From Armatimonadota bacterium (lineage in GTDB: Bacteria > Armatimonadota > Armatimonadia > Armatimonadales > Armatimonadaceae), in the NCBI GenBank assembly GCA_043754515.1, contig JAYUUO010000150.1, positions 40,904 to 104,903 of the forward strand: DNA of 64,000 nt. The letters are read 5' to 3'. This document shows positions 8,807-19,282 of the stretch, in pieces (positions within the stretch are counted from its first letter, which is position 1; the number at the start of each line of letters is the position of its first letter). The notes beneath the pieces are model-generated. The model saw only the letters and a program-made list of their open reading frames with translations, did not search any database and was not told where the DNA came from. The position numbers and the translations under genes were made by a program.

Positions 8807-10933
8807 TTAATCCTTCGGGTCGAAGGTGATGCGCTGCTTGGACTCGATAGGCTTATCGCCGCGAGTCGCCGGTTTCCAACGCCACGACTGGCAGGCGCGT
8901 AGCACCGCCGCGTCTACTTCCTCGTTCCCCGAGGATTTGATAATCTTAATCGTGGACGAGCCGTTCGCGCTGATCGAGAACTGAACCTCGACCGATTTCG
9001 GATCGGTCGCCTTCATGTCATCGGTAATCGCCGGATTGCGCCGCGAGGTGGCCCTCGCTTCCGTCAGTGCCTCCACCGCGACCGGATCGACATCCTTGGA
9101 AATTTCGCCGCCCTCGACGTCACCTTTCCTACGATCACCAGTCTTACCCGATCCGCTACGAACCTGGATAGGCCCGTTGTTACTGCCCTCTTTAGTACCA
9201 ATCTTGGTGGTTTTGATATCGGCTCCGCTGTCGCCGCCGCCGACCTTGATGTCGGAGCGTTTCGCCTTGCCCGCGGAGCCGGTGCCGTCACTGTTTAGAT
9301 CAGGTCCTTTCCCTGCCCCGCCCTTGACACCGAATGAGCCTGGCGAGCCGCTCCCGCTTCCGACGCCGACCCCGGCACCGCCGCGAACGGGGCCACCGCC
9401 GCCACCTCCAGGGCCGTCGCCCGGCCCGCCGGAGCGACCGTCCCCGACATCGCTGGGAGTACCGCCCTGCTTCCCGCCGCGCACCCCGCCACTGACTCCC
9501 GCGCCGCCCGCCGCGCCGCCAAGCCCGGAAGTGCGGGGCGCGCCGCTACCGGGTGCTCCCTTACCACCGGCGACACCCGCCGCGCTGACACCGCCCTGTT
9601 CGCCGCCCGCGACTCCTGCCGCGTCGCCGCCCGCACCGGCACGCGGACCCGCGCCGACTCGAAGCCCGACCGGGCCACCCCCGCCGCCCCCGCCCACGGA
9701 AAGTCGCGGGGCACCGAGGCTGTCCCCTCCGTTGCCAACCTGATTACCCCCGCCGCCCGAGACGCGGGACGATAACGTGGCGTTACTGTTCGCGCCCGGC
9801 GCGCCGCCCGCCTGGGTCCCACTCATTCTCGCCACGATGGATCCCGGCCTGAGTCCGCTACCTTTGGCGACCGTGAAGTCGCCCTTGTTCGAGCCAGTAC
9901 CGCCCGCATCTGCTTGTGTCAGTATGTTATTGCGCAGGCCAGACTTGCCGCCTAGCACGCCCATCGTCGGCCCGGACGAAGCACTGAGCGAAGGCCCAGA
10001 GATCGCGCCGGCGGAAGCACCGGAAATCCCAACCGATCCGCGCGCCGCTCCGGCGATACCGGCGGGGCCGGAGGAAGTGGCACCGCTCTGGCTGCCGAGC
10101 CGTAGGGACGGCGCGCCCGTCGCGCGATTATTAGACGAACGCGCGGAGGTAAACTGGCCCGCTTCCAGAACGGCGGACGCACCGGCCACCCCTTCCGCCA
10201 CGTTAGCGGCAGAGCGACTGCCCCTAGCAAGCGAAGCCGAACCACCACCCGCAGGACCGCTGTTCGGCAGTGAAGGAGCGGTGATATTCGGATCAACGGA
10301 TTGGACGCCGCCGCGGGCACTCGGTGCCGCGGTGACGGCGGTCGTCGCCATCGCCGCGTTCGTGGAGCGGTTCGCCGCCTGCGTAGGGGCCGTTCGCCCG
10401 ACCGTGCTCGTTTGTACCGGCTCGGTTCTATCCTGCGTCGTCGTGGTCACTTCCTGTTCCACCGGTTTGGGCGGGGGAGGGGTTTGCGCTGGTTCCGGGG
10501 GCGTCTCGTCGGGCGGCGTTTCCCGTGTCACCGTTTTGGGTTCCGGTGTGGCTTGTACCGCTTCGTTCGGCTTCGGCTTCGGTGGGGGAGGAGTTTGCAC
10601 CGGTTCCAGCTCACGTGGCGTCGGCGTCTTCTCCGGCTGTACCTTGGCGACGTTCTTGGGGGCGGGTGTCGGCACTGGCTTCGGTTCATTTGCCTTGGGT
10701 GTTTCCACCGGCGCGGGGGTGATCGAAGGCATCTCGATGATAAGCGGTGGCGTTTCTGCGGCCAGTGAGAGTTGTCTCTCCTCCATACCGCGCGCGGCCC
10801 CGATGAGGAACAGCAAGTTGACTGCGAGGGACGTCGAGAAGCCAATCAGAACCCGCTGGCTCTGCTTGCGCTCTACCTCGGGGGCGATAAGTGCCCCCGA
10901 GGAAGGGGATGTATTCTGAGTGTTATCTGCCAT
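8807..10933 (-). CDS. tonB: TonB-family energy transducer with very long Pro-rich and Gly-rich linker
   Basis: N-terminal TM with S..V..L pattern, Pro-rich segment, C-terminal TonB_C (KSSGNEEVDAAVLRACQSWRWKPA); downstream of exbBD. Confidence 0.8.
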   Translation of the reverse strand: MADNTQNTSPSSGALIAPEVERKQSQRVLIGFSTSLAVNLLFLIGAARGMEERQLSLAAETPPLIIEMPSITPAPVETPKANEPKPVPTPAPKNVAKVQPEKTPTPRELEPVQTPPPPKPKPNEAVQATPEPKTVTRETPPDETPPEPAQTPPPPKPVEQEVTTTTQDRTEPVQTSTVGRTAPTQAANRSTNAAMATTAVTAAPSARGGVQSVDPNITAPSLPNSGPAGGGSASLARGSRSAANVAEGVAGASAVLEAGQFTSARSSNNRATGAPSLRLGSQSGATSSGPAGIAGAARGSVGISGASAGAISGPSLSASSGPTMGVLGGKSGLRNNILTQADAGGTGSNKGDFTVAKGSGLRPGSIVARMSGTQAGGAPGANSNATLSSRVSGGGGNQVGNGGDSLGAPRLSVGGGGGGGPVGLRVGAGPRAGAGGDAAGVAGGEQGGVSAAGVAGGKGAPGSGAPRTSGLGGAAGGAGVSGGVRGGKQGGTPSDVGDGRSGGPGDGPGGGGGGPVRGGAGVGVGSGSGSPGSFGVKGGAGKGPDLNSDGTGSAGKAKRSDIKVGGGDSGADIKTTKIGTKEGSNNGPIQVRSGSGKTGDRRKGDVEGGEISKDVDPVAVEALTEARATSRRNPAITDDMKATDPKSVEVQFSISANGSSTIKIIKSSGNEEVDAAVLRACQSWRWKPATRGDKPIESKQRITFDPKD

Positions 10934-11083
10934 GTTGTTATTGAACTCCGTTCACGGTCGCGCCGTTCCCCGCTAAATATCAAAGAGCGGCGGGCGTGGT
11001 ATCGGAAAGCCGATTTTCATCCGCTGTCCGTCGCGCTGTTGGACACCGCACGCCGCTCTCTGCTTCAAATCATGCTTGTAAAA

Positions 11084-11593
11084 CTATTTGGCTGGTTGCA
11101 CGGGCGCGGGTTGCAAGGTTTGCGGGATGATACGCCGGTCCACCGAGATCGCGAAGCGCTGGATGCCCTTCTGGCGCGCCGAGTCAATGCAAGTGACCAC
11201 CAGCCCATGAGTTACCCCGGTTTCGGCATTGATAACCACGCTCATGGTCGAGATGGCCTTCTTGGAGAGCACTGCGGTCGGTTTCTTCTGTTTGATCCGC
11301 TCCTGAGCAGTCGCCGCGTCGAGCACCGATTGGCCCACTTTATCAATGGTGACGGGGTTGTTGTTGACGAACACGCCGCCGTCGCGCTTTATCTCGACCG
11401 TTAGTTGCGTATCAACCTTGTTGATCTTCGGCTGAGTCGTGGAGTCTTCCTTCGGCAGGTTCATGCCGATGGACTCGAGATTGATGATGCTCAGTGCGGA
11501 GAGCAGGAAGAAGACGAGCAGGAAAAACATCGTGTCGATCATCGGGATGATCTCGATCTTGGTACGCTTCGTCTCTCGGGACCGTCGTTTCAT
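11084..11593 (-). CDS. exbD: Biopolymer transport protein ExbD
   Basis: IEIIPMIDTMFFLLVFF; SD AAGGAG before ATG 11593. Confidence 0.9.
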   Translation of the reverse strand: MKRRSRETKRTKIEIIPMIDTMFFLLVFFLLSALSIINLESIGMNLPKEDSTTQPKINKVDTQLTVEIKRDGGVFVNNNPVTIDKVGQSVLDAATAQERIKQKKPTAVLSKKAISTMSVVINAETGVTHGLVVTCIDSARQKGIQRFAISVDRRIIPQTLQPAPVQPAK

Positions 11594-11606
11594 AAAAGTT
11601 GCTCCT

Positions 11607-12092
11607 TCACTGCTTTCCGGCCGTTTCCTGCTCGACAGTGTTCCTGCCCTTGGCGGCGATCCCGAACTTGACGAACCCCTTCGCCCGCGCCGAGTCAATC
11701 GCCTTCACGACCGCCGCGTTATCCGTCTCATAATCCGCGTTGATGACCACGATCAGGCTCTTCACCTTCTTACTGAGCAGAGTCGCGTCGGCGGTGTTCG
11801 GCAACAGGTTCGACTTCTGCGCGGAACGGATCAACGCGTCGCCGACATCCGCTGGCGCGAACGTCGTGTTGTCTATCTGCGTGGAGCCGTCGGGGCGCAC
11901 CGTGACCGTAAGGTCCGCCTTTCTCTGCGGCTTGGTCGCGGTCATCGCTTTCGGCAGTCGCACCTTGGACCCGGAGAGGCTGATGATGTTGAGCGACGAG
12001 AGCAAGAAGAAGACGAGCAGGAAGAACATCGTATCGATCATCGGGATGATCTCGATCTTGGTCTCTTTGATGTGTGATTTGCGTTTTTTCAT
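11607..12092 (-). CDS. exbD: Biopolymer transport protein ExbD (second copy)
   Basis: IEIIPMIDTMFFLLVFF, VVINAD; start could be 12122. Confidence 0.9.
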   Translation of the reverse strand: MKKRKSHIKETKIEIIPMIDTMFFLLVFFLLSSLNIISLSGSKVRLPKAMTATKPQRKADLTVTVRPDGSTQIDNTTFAPADVGDALIRSAQKSNLLPNTADATLLSKKVKSLIVVINADYETDNAAVVKAIDSARAKGFVKFGIAAKGRNTVEQETAGKQ

Positions 12093-12191
12093 GGGTTCAG
12101 TGGCCGTGGCAACGAGCACCATCGTATGGGGAACTTTCGCCGCCGCCCGATTCCGGGCGGCGGATGCGACAACACCCCGTACCCCGCCTAT

Positions 12192-12992
12192 CTAGCGAGG
12201 CGGCGCGATTTTGCGCTGTGCTTCCTCAAGCGCGGTTATAGTACGCGTGGCTGCTTGTTCCGTCTCCCCGAGCGCGTTGCGGCGGCGCGAAGTGAAGTAG
12301 TTGTAGAACCCGAAGCAGATCAGCGCGATGAAGATGCCGGACGCGGTCGCGTACAGCGACTCGCCGACCCCGCCCAGTACCGACGCCTTCGCGGCTTCCG
12401 ACTGGCCCGCTCCCTGGAACTTTTGGAAGACGCGTACCATGCCGATGATAGTCCCGAGCAGACCCAGTAGCGGCGAGAGGGTGGTCGCGGAGTCCAGCAG
12501 CCACATGAATTTCTCTAGCTTCAACTCGTAAGCGACGACTACTTCCTCTGCTCGCGATTCGAGCAGATCCTTCGTATCGTTGCGGTTCTGAATCAGGGTG
12601 GTTAGAACATCGGCGACGGGACCCTGCTGTTGCCCCGCAAGCCCAAGTGCCCCCTGAAAATCACCGCCGCGCAACTTCTGGATCACGCTCGGCACCAGAC
12701 CGGGCGCGGTGTTCGCTAGCGTCCTATACGCCATGAACCGCTCCACGATGACCGTGATCGCGGTTAAGGAGAGCGCGAGCAGTGGCCACATAACGAAGCC
12801 GCCGGCGTTGAAAAACTCAACCGGCCCCATCGTTTTTGCTTCCGGGGCGGCGGCGGTGTCCTGTGCCCAAACGGCACCGGATGCCGCGACGAGCGTAGCA
12901 AACGTGGCGGCCCCCGTGACCCAGCTACGTAGTGTGCGCGATTTTTTGACGGCGACATGTGCCGCGCTATTAATGGTGGCTTGAAGATTCAT
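12192..12992 (-). CDS. exbB: MotA/TolQ/ExbB proton channel protein
   Basis: GGFVMWPL, SPLLGLLGTIIGM, GVGESLYATASG; SD GGAGA before ATG 12992. Confidence 0.9.
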   Translation of the reverse strand: MNLQATINSAAHVAVKKSRTLRSWVTGAATFATLVAASGAVWAQDTAAAPEAKTMGPVEFFNAGGFVMWPLLALSLTAITVIVERFMAYRTLANTAPGLVPSVIQKLRGGDFQGALGLAGQQQGPVADVLTTLIQNRNDTKDLLESRAEEVVVAYELKLEKFMWLLDSATTLSPLLGLLGTIIGMVRVFQKFQGAGQSEAAKASVLGGVGESLYATASGIFIALICFGFYNYFTSRRRNALGETEQAATRTITALEEAQRKIAPPR

Positions 12993-13400
12993 GGTTCTCC
13001 AGTCTTCTCCCGACACGGCTTGATCTGATCGTTGCCGCTCGGGCTCGGTATACCTTAGAAAAGCGTTTGGGTATAGTTACGCTTCCAGCAAGGCGCGGCG
13101 CGGATGAGTTATAGTCCATCCGGACGGCTATAGTTTATAAATATCCGCGACCGCTGTCTCGCGGCACGGAGCGATTGTACCCGCAAATCGTGCCCGTTCA
13201 ACAGACATGCAACACGTTTCTCACCGTCACGCTAAAATAATTAGCGACAAGGCGGCTCTCACGCGTGGCGCCGCAAGCCCCCGTCACGCCGGTAATGGGT
13301 GCGGCATCGAGCCGGGTGGCGTGGTGCCCCCGAATCTCCATGGTTTATCCGCGACACAGGCAGGTTCTTGTGACCCGTGCCACATATAGACGATCTTTTT

Positions 13401-16355
13401 TTAGAACCGCGTGTAAACCGACGTCAGAAGGCGGCGCCCGATCTGAACACGACTCGCCTCGTACGCGTTGTACGAGTTGTACCGGTTCCGCTGGTCGAAC
13501 GCGTTCTCCACGGATATGTCGAGGCCGAACAGCCGCCGAAAGAAGCGCGGGCTACTCGCCAGGTGAAGGTTCACCTCCGCGATCCCCTGGCGGCTGTTAC
13601 TATTCGGCAGGCGCGAGCCGTACAGCCCGCTCCCGAGGTAGGCGCTAAGCCCTACCATATAGCTCGCGCGGAGCCGGTAAGACGCGCCGAAGTTCAGCGT
13701 CTGCTCCTGATCCAGATCCGGGCGGCGGCGCTGCACCTGCCGTCCCAGCGAGTCGAAAGTATAGCCCAGATTTTGGAACTTCACCCCGCCGTTCGTGTAA
13801 GTCGCGAAGGCGGTGAGCGGGTTACCATTCCGAAAGGTCGGATTGTAGTTGTAGGAGATTTCAATCCCTTCGGAGATCGCCCTCGGGTAATTCACCAAGA
13901 CTAGCGCCCCCGTACTAAACTGCGCCCCCGGGAAAAGTCCCTCCACGTCCAGGTAGTTCTGGAACTGGATCGTGTAGAAGGTGCCTTTAACGACCTGATT
14001 CGCGCCCAGCTGTTTCTCCAGCCCCAATTCGTAGGAGTCGCCGGTCTGCGGGCGGATCGCGGAGGCTCCGAAGTAGGTGCCCTGCGACAGCGGGGGCCTT
14101 TGGAAAAGGCGGTCGTACGAAGCGCGTAGCACCGCGCGGCGGGTGCCGACCCCGCCCAGGAAGCCTAGCGGCCCCCGGCGCGGCAGTTGCAGGGCGAAGT
14201 TCAGGCGCGGTGAAATCTCGCCACGATCCGAGCTTGGGCTACCCGCCACGCCCGTCGCGGCGTTGCCGCTCACCCGGTTCAGGCTGAACCCGTCGTATCG
14301 AATCCCGCTGTTAAGCGTGAGTGCCTGATTGAACGACCATGTGTCCTGTATATAGAGTGCGGAGTAAGTGCCGTCGCGGCGTATCCGAAGCGACGGTGAT
14401 TCGGCGGGTAGGCCGGTTTGATAAGCGACGACTCGGTTCCCGAAACCGTCCCGAATTCCGGAAGGGTCCGCCGTCACGCTGGGGGGCAACAGGGAGGGGC
14501 TTCGGGCGTACAGGGCGTCCAGCGCGACCTGACTACCCGGCTCGAACCGGTACCGCTCGTTCAACTGGTAGCTGTTGTACAGTACGCCGCCTTTTATGAT
14601 GTGATTTCTACGCGCCGCCACGACATCCGCTTGTATCTGGATCTGGCTGTAGTCGCGGCGTACAGTCGGATTGTACTCCACCGAACTGTTGCGCCGGTAG
14701 AGAGGACTGTTCGGGTTGGTGAGGTCGCGGGGGTCGAAGTTGCGGTTCGTGTTCTCGAGCCGCACCTGGTTGTCCATGCTACCGATGGTCAGAGTCACGG
14801 TCGAGTCGGGGTTGGTGACGATGTCCTTCGGGCGGAGCGTCCGGCGGAGCGTGATCAGGGCGAGGTTGTTGTTCTCCTTCTGGTGTTGGCTCTGATACTC
14901 TTCGTCCTGGGACGGCAACGTCGCGGGGCTCTGCTGGAAGGCACCCGTGTTCTCGACATACCCGAGATAGCCCACGCCCCCGGCGCGGTCCCTGTTCGCG
15001 ATGCCGCTCCGCGCCCCGTTGATGTTGATCAGCCCCTCGATCTGTAGCTTAGGGCTGGGCACGAGCTCGAACTTGCCGAACAACGAATTGTTGTAGCCAG
15101 CGTTGTTCAGCGTCGCCTTTTTCTGCGCCGCCTCCGCGATCGCGCTGGTGTTTCGCTGGCTGACGTGGAGTAGATAACCGACGCCCGGCTTCGTCACCGT
15201 CTCCGCGCCCGGCGCGACGAACGCTCCGCCGATGACCGATTTTCGCGGCTTCGCCCGATCCAGTACCGCCTGCTGGCGCGCGGCGGCGGCGGCGAAGCGG
15301 CCGCCGAGCGGGAATCGCTGGCCGACCGTGATGTATGCCTCGGCACCGTTATAATCGCCGGTGGTTAGCAGTCCCTCGATGGTCGGCGTGGCCCCCGCCG
15401 AGCGGGTCGTTAGATCTACCGCGACGCCCACGTCGCCGCCGTACTCAGCGGACAGGCCGCCGGTTCGTATGTCGTAGCGTGCGATCATCTCCTGCGGCAG
15501 AAAGCCCTGGAGTTCCCCGGCGGGGAGCGACGGCAGAAGAAACCCATCCAAGTACGTCGCTATCCCGAATCGCTGGCCACGCGGATGCACCTGATTGAGC
15601 GAGTTGCGTACGAAGCCGGGCGCGCTAGCAAGGACGTCGTTGATCTCCTGTCGGCTGCTGACGGCGACCGGGATTTCACGGACGAACTGCTGTGAACGCC
15701 GGACGGTGTTCGTGGTTTCGCGGGTAGACAGCAACGTGAATGGCTCGATCCGCTCGCGAAACCGCAGGTAGACCGTGACCTGTGTGATGCGGTCGGGGAG
15801 CACATCCACCACGGCGCGGCCCGTCTCGTAGCCGTCCTTGAGGACAACTACCACCCATCGGTGGGTGGTGAGTGGGTCGGATATGACGAACCCCGGACCG
15901 CCGAGAGGACGATTACTCTCGTCGCGCCGCGTGGAGTCGCCGACATAATAGGGAACGGATCGTAGATCGGTCAGGGTCGGGTCGTCGAAGAAGATCGCCG
16001 CGTCGCTCAGGAATTCCTTCGAGATCGCGTCGCGCACGAAAACCCGGACTCTGCCTCGGGGCAACGTGGCCGGCGAGGGGGGGGGCGCGATCGTGGGCAG
16101 GGGGGTCGCTTGCGCGGGCACCGCCGGGGCGTTGGGAGTCTGTGCCAGAGCGGGCGCGGAAGATAGGGCGGCGACCAGAATCGTCAAGGGGAGCGACGAC
16201 AAAGGGCACCGCCCGGCGGACGTTCCCCTTGACGGCACCACGGCCGTTAAACTCACCGAGCGTGACCCCTTATTGCTCCGGTGAGCGGTGGTCGCGGCGA
16301 GTAGTTCGCCCCATGTGGGTAAACCGTGTGTTTCCCCGACGTTCCGAACTCGCAT
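13401..16355 (-). CDS. TonB-dependent outer-membrane receptor
   Basis: Plug-like segment (APGFV...HPRG...LDG...GGLSAEYG), barrel motifs ALYIQDTW, GIRYD, ISPRL, C-terminal Phe; SD AGGAGG before ATG 16355. Confidence 0.85.
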   Translation of the reverse strand: MRVRNVGETHGLPTWGELLAATTAHRSNKGSRSVSLTAVVPSRGTSAGRCPLSSLPLTILVAALSSAPALAQTPNAPAVPAQATPLPTIAPPPSPATLPRGRVRVFVRDAISKEFLSDAAIFFDDPTLTDLRSVPYYVGDSTRRDESNRPLGGPGFVISDPLTTHRWVVVVLKDGYETGRAVVDVLPDRITQVTVYLRFRERIEPFTLLSTRETTNTVRRSQQFVREIPVAVSSRQEINDVLASAPGFVRNSLNQVHPRGQRFGIATYLDGFLLPSLPAGELQGFLPQEMIARYDIRTGGLSAEYGGDVGVAVDLTTRSAGATPTIEGLLTTGDYNGAEAYITVGQRFPLGGRFAAAAARQQAVLDRAKPRKSVIGGAFVAPGAETVTKPGVGYLLHVSQRNTSAIAEAAQKKATLNNAGYNNSLFGKFELVPSPKLQIEGLININGARSGIANRDRAGGVGYLGYVENTGAFQQSPATLPSQDEEYQSQHQKENNNLALITLRRTLRPKDIVTNPDSTVTLTIGSMDNQVRLENTNRNFDPRDLTNPNSPLYRRNSSVEYNPTVRRDYSQIQIQADVVAARRNHIIKGGVLYNSYQLNERYRFEPGSQVALDALYARSPSLLPPSVTADPSGIRDGFGNRVVAYQTGLPAESPSLRIRRDGTYSALYIQDTWSFNQALTLNSGIRYDGFSLNRVSGNAATGVAGSPSSDRGEISPRLNFALQLPRRGPLGFLGGVGTRRAVLRASYDRLFQRPPLSQGTYFGASAIRPQTGDSYELGLEKQLGANQVVKGTFYTIQFQNYLDVEGLFPGAQFSTGALVLVNYPRAISEGIEISYNYNPTFRNGNPLTAFATYTNGGVKFQNLGYTFDSLGRQVQRRRPDLDQEQTLNFGASYRLRASYMVGLSAYLGSGLYGSRLPNSNSRQGIAEVNLHLASSPRFFRRLFGLDISVENAFDQRNRYNSYNAYEASRVQIGRRLLTSVYTRF

Positions 16356-16621
16356 TGGCAATCCTCCTGAGTATTTTCCGCGGTAACCACTTTCGCGGTC
16401 GGCGGCGTCAATTTTATACATGGCGGGGATGAGCATGCAATCCCCGCGCCGACTTCGGCGAACCTATCACCCGTTTGCCGTCATCACTCGGCCTACTCCC
16501 CGCCACGCGACAACCGCGCGGCTCTCGCGATGAGACAACGGCGGTGAGGGAAGCGTTGCTTGGGCGAACCCGAGTCATCACGCGCGGCGAGTAGTCATGT
16601 GTTCCTTCGTCGCGCGTGCCA

Positions 16622-16651
16622 AGTATACGGTCGCGAGGCGAACCCTGTCAA
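16622..16651 (-). promoter_or_regulatory. Sigma-70-type promoter upstream of TonB-dependent receptor
   Basis: TTGACA-18 nt-TATACT on - strand. Confidence 0.65.
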
Positions 16652-16831
16652 GCATCGCCCCTACGCGGCCATCCCGTGTTCGGTGAGGACAGCAGAACGC
16701 GGGAACCGCGTTCGGGGACGCGCGTTGAAGACTTCGGCACACGATACCACGCTTCGGGGCATTTCAAACGTTAATTGTTCCGTCCCTGGGCGCGTATCGT
16801 GACGTCTGCCACTAGAAAAATATCCAAATCC

Positions 16832-17590
16832 ATGAGCGAAATAATCTACTCCGGCGGCGTCACCCTCGCCGATAAAACGATCCTGATCGCCGGTGCCACC
16901 GGCGGCATCGGGAGCGTCGCCGCGCTACGACTCGCCCGTCTGGGCGCACGCCTCTTCCTGTCCGGCAGGAGCGAAGCCAAATTGCGCGCCCTGGTCGGCG
17001 AAATCGAGTACGCCACGGGTGCCGAACCCGGCTCCTCGCCAGCCGATCTCGGCGACGCCGAGCAGGTGACACGCCTGATGGGGGAGGCGAGTGCCGCGTT
17101 CGGAGCCGCCCCCGATGTCGTGATCAACGCCGCTGGCGTCGGCGCGATTCGCCCCATCGAGAGTCTAACCCCGGAAGACTTTCAGACGCTGATCGCGACG
17201 AACCTGCTCGGCGCGATGTATCTGTCGCAGGCGGCGGTACGCGTCATGGCTCCGAGGAAGAGCGGGCACATCCTGCACGTCGTCGGCATCCTGGGCAAAG
17301 CACCGATGGCGAACGCGACGGCATACTGCGCGAGCAAATACGGGCTGACTGGCTTCCTCGCCGCGCTCCGTGCCGAAGTGTCGCGTCGCCATAACATCAA
17401 AGTAACCGGCCTCTACCTCGGCGGGGTGGACACGCCATTTTATGACAACCCGGCGGTCGAGATGAAAGTGCAACGCGACAAGATGTTGTCCGCGGACGAC
17501 GCGACGAACGCCGTTTTGTACGCCCTCGCCCAACCCGCCCATCTGGTGATGGGCGAAATGACTCTGCAACCCGAGAGTCACCAGTTATAG
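16832..17590 (+). CDS. Short-chain dehydrogenase/reductase
   Basis: AGATGGIG, INAAG, YCASK. Confidence 0.9.
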   Translation: MSEIIYSGGVTLADKTILIAGATGGIGSVAALRLARLGARLFLSGRSEAKLRALVGEIEYATGAEPGSSPADLGDAEQVTRLMGEASAAFGAAPDVVINAAGVGAIRPIESLTPEDFQTLIATNLLGAMYLSQAAVRVMAPRKSGHILHVVGILGKAPMANATAYCASKYGLTGFLAALRAEVSRRHNIKVTGLYLGGVDTPFYDNPAVEMKVQRDKMLSADDATNAVLYALAQPAHLVMGEMTLQPESHQL

Positions 17591-17634
17591 GAGATGCGAC
17601 GGACCGGTGTCGGTGCCCCGACCAGCGTGCTCGG

Positions 17635-18633
17635 TCAGGGCGTACAGCCGTAGGCGGGCTCGAGACACGGCGACCACCACTGCGAATACCCGGCCGGGCG
17701 GCGCGGGTCTTCTGCCTGCCCCGGAACATGGTAAAAACTGGCTGTGGAGGCGGACTTCGCGTGCCCGTCACCCCACAGCACGACGGCTCTGCCCCCATGC
17801 CGCGCGAGCGGCGCGCCGTACTCCGGCAGATTGATGCCCGGCACCGCGCCCGCGTGGGTGAGGAGGTAGCCGGTGCGCCCCGCCGTGTCTGGCTGACCGG
17901 GCGCGGGGCTTGATGCCTGTTTCCGGTACCACTTCTCCGGGGCGATGCCCAGTACAGGTGCCGACACGCCGTCGGTTATCATCACCGTCTCGGCTGGCTT
18001 CGCGGTCTGGGGCAGATTACTGCCACCTACAGTGCCGGTGCCGGGAAAAAAAAAGTTGTAGGCGTAAGTGACGGGGTAGCGGACGGCGGGGGTGTCCCCG
18101 GTGCCCGGGGTGTTGCCGAGGTCAGCCGACTCCGACGGGCAACGGAAGATCGCGTTGCTTTTCACGTACGGTTGCAATAGCCGTGCCCAACTGTGCGTGG
18201 TATTTGTCGCGGGTGCCGCCGGGGTGACGCGGTAAAACGCGAGTATGTAAGTCTCGTCGTAATCCTGGCTGTACTGGAGCATCGCAAGCCCGATCTGCTT
18301 CATGTTACTGACGCATGTCGCCTGCCTCGCCTTCTCGCGGGCTTGCGCGAACACCGGAAATAATATCGCGGCGAGGATCGAAATGATCGCGATTACGACG
18401 AGCAGTTCGATCAGCGTGAATGCGGCTGCCGCATTCGTGAACGCGGAGCGTTTGACGCGGGTAAAACCGCCTCCTCGACAAACGTGGCTTTTATCTGTCG
18501 CGGATTGTGCCCGCGTGAGACCGCACGGGGCGGTATGTACCGGGGTATAGGTCGGCGCGGTGAGCGGGCGTGCCCGCGGCGCGTGGGCTTCGGTTCCTGG
18601 TCTTACGAGCGGCCTGATAAAGTTTGTTCGCAT
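17635..18633 (-). CDS. Prepilin-type N-terminal methylation / DUF1559 protein with H-X9-DG motif
   Basis: [51 protein letters not shown]. Confidence 0.9.
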   Translation of the reverse strand: MRTNFIRPLVRPGTEAHAPRARPLTAPTYTPVHTAPCGLTRAQSATDKSHVCRGGGFTRVKRSAFTNAAAAFTLIELLVVIAIISILAAILFPVFAQAREKARQATCVSNMKQIGLAMLQYSQDYDETYILAFYRVTPAAPATNTTHSWARLLQPYVKSNAIFRCPSESADLGNTPGTGDTPAVRYPVTYAYNFFFPGTGTVGGSNLPQTAKPAETVMITDGVSAPVLGIAPEKWYRKQASSPAPGQPDTAGRTGYLLTHAGAVPGINLPEYGAPLARHGGRAVVLWGDGHAKSASTASFYHVPGQAEDPRRPAGYSQWWSPCLEPAYGCTP

Positions 18634-18730
18634 GGGTTGCTGTCGTTTCTATCCGGTTGTCGCGCGGTGGGACGCCGCGCGGGAATATCTGGTCATAATA
18701 TCAGACGCGCCGCCCCCGTCTCGGAACTCC

Positions 18731-19276
18731 TCAGTGTCGCCGACCGCGCCGGAACGGGTTCGCCTTGCGCAGGCCGGTTTGGAGCGCGTCCGCGCCGACG
18801 TGCATCCCCGTGCCGAGAACCAGACCGACAACCGCCGCGTCGAACAAGCGCGGCTGACGCTTCGGAAAGTCGACCAGCGCGGCGAACGCGGAATCGGTCA
18901 TGGCGTTGCGGTTCATCGGTGCCACGAACGCTGCTACCCATGTCCCCGCGCGGAACACGATGTAAGCGATAGCCAGGAAGTAGATCACCCGCAGGAGCGG
19001 TGCCAGCAAAAGCGAATGCGAGAGGAACGAGCGGTGCGGGATCAGTTTCTGGTAGGGCCACCATAGGAAGCGGAGCAAGCCCCAGCGGTGATAGATGGAG
19101 GAGTCGAGGTCCAGATCCGGCGACAGCATCAGCCCGGAAAACAGCGTCGAGACGACGAGAACGGCGCAGGCGGCGTAATCGCCCCGCCAGGCGGGTGGTG
19201 CCATTAGAAGCCACGCGGGCACGCTCAGGGCGGCACCGAAGAGGGTTAATCGGTCGTGTGTTTTGCCGTCCGGCAT
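18731..19276 (-). CDS. Putative metal-binding membrane protein (DUF2227-like)
   Basis: MPDGKTHD, LSPDLD, WWPYQ..IPHRSFLSH, MHVGAD. Confidence 0.8.
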   Translation of the reverse strand: MPDGKTHDRLTLFGAALSVPAWLLMAPPAWRGDYAACAVLVVSTLFSGLMLSPDLDLDSSIYHRWGLLRFLWWPYQKLIPHRSFLSHSLLLAPLLRVIYFLAIAYIVFRAGTWVAAFVAPMNRNAMTDSAFAALVDFPKRQPRLFDAAVVGLVLGTGMHVGADALQTGLRKANPFRRGRRH

Positions 19277-19282
19277 GGTGAA

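Noticed and set aside
9015..10919. Long Pro-rich + strand ORFs (242 and 380 aa)
   Set aside because: Antisense shadows of the Gly-rich tonB; stop-poor because of high GC
11500..12065. Near-identical DNA stretch repeated twice
   Set aside because: Conserved TM motif of the two exbD paralogues, not an independent repeat
16226..16551. Peptide similarity SLTAVVSSR (54-aa upstream ORF) versus SLTAVVPSR (receptor N-terminus)
   Set aside because: Underlying DNA is dissimilar and the match is short; probably chance
16356..16620. Cobalamin, TPP or c-di-GMP riboswitch before the TonB-dependent receptor
   Set aside because: Could not find the conserved boxes of these classes; GGCAAAC is present but without the rest of the c-di-GMP-I consensus
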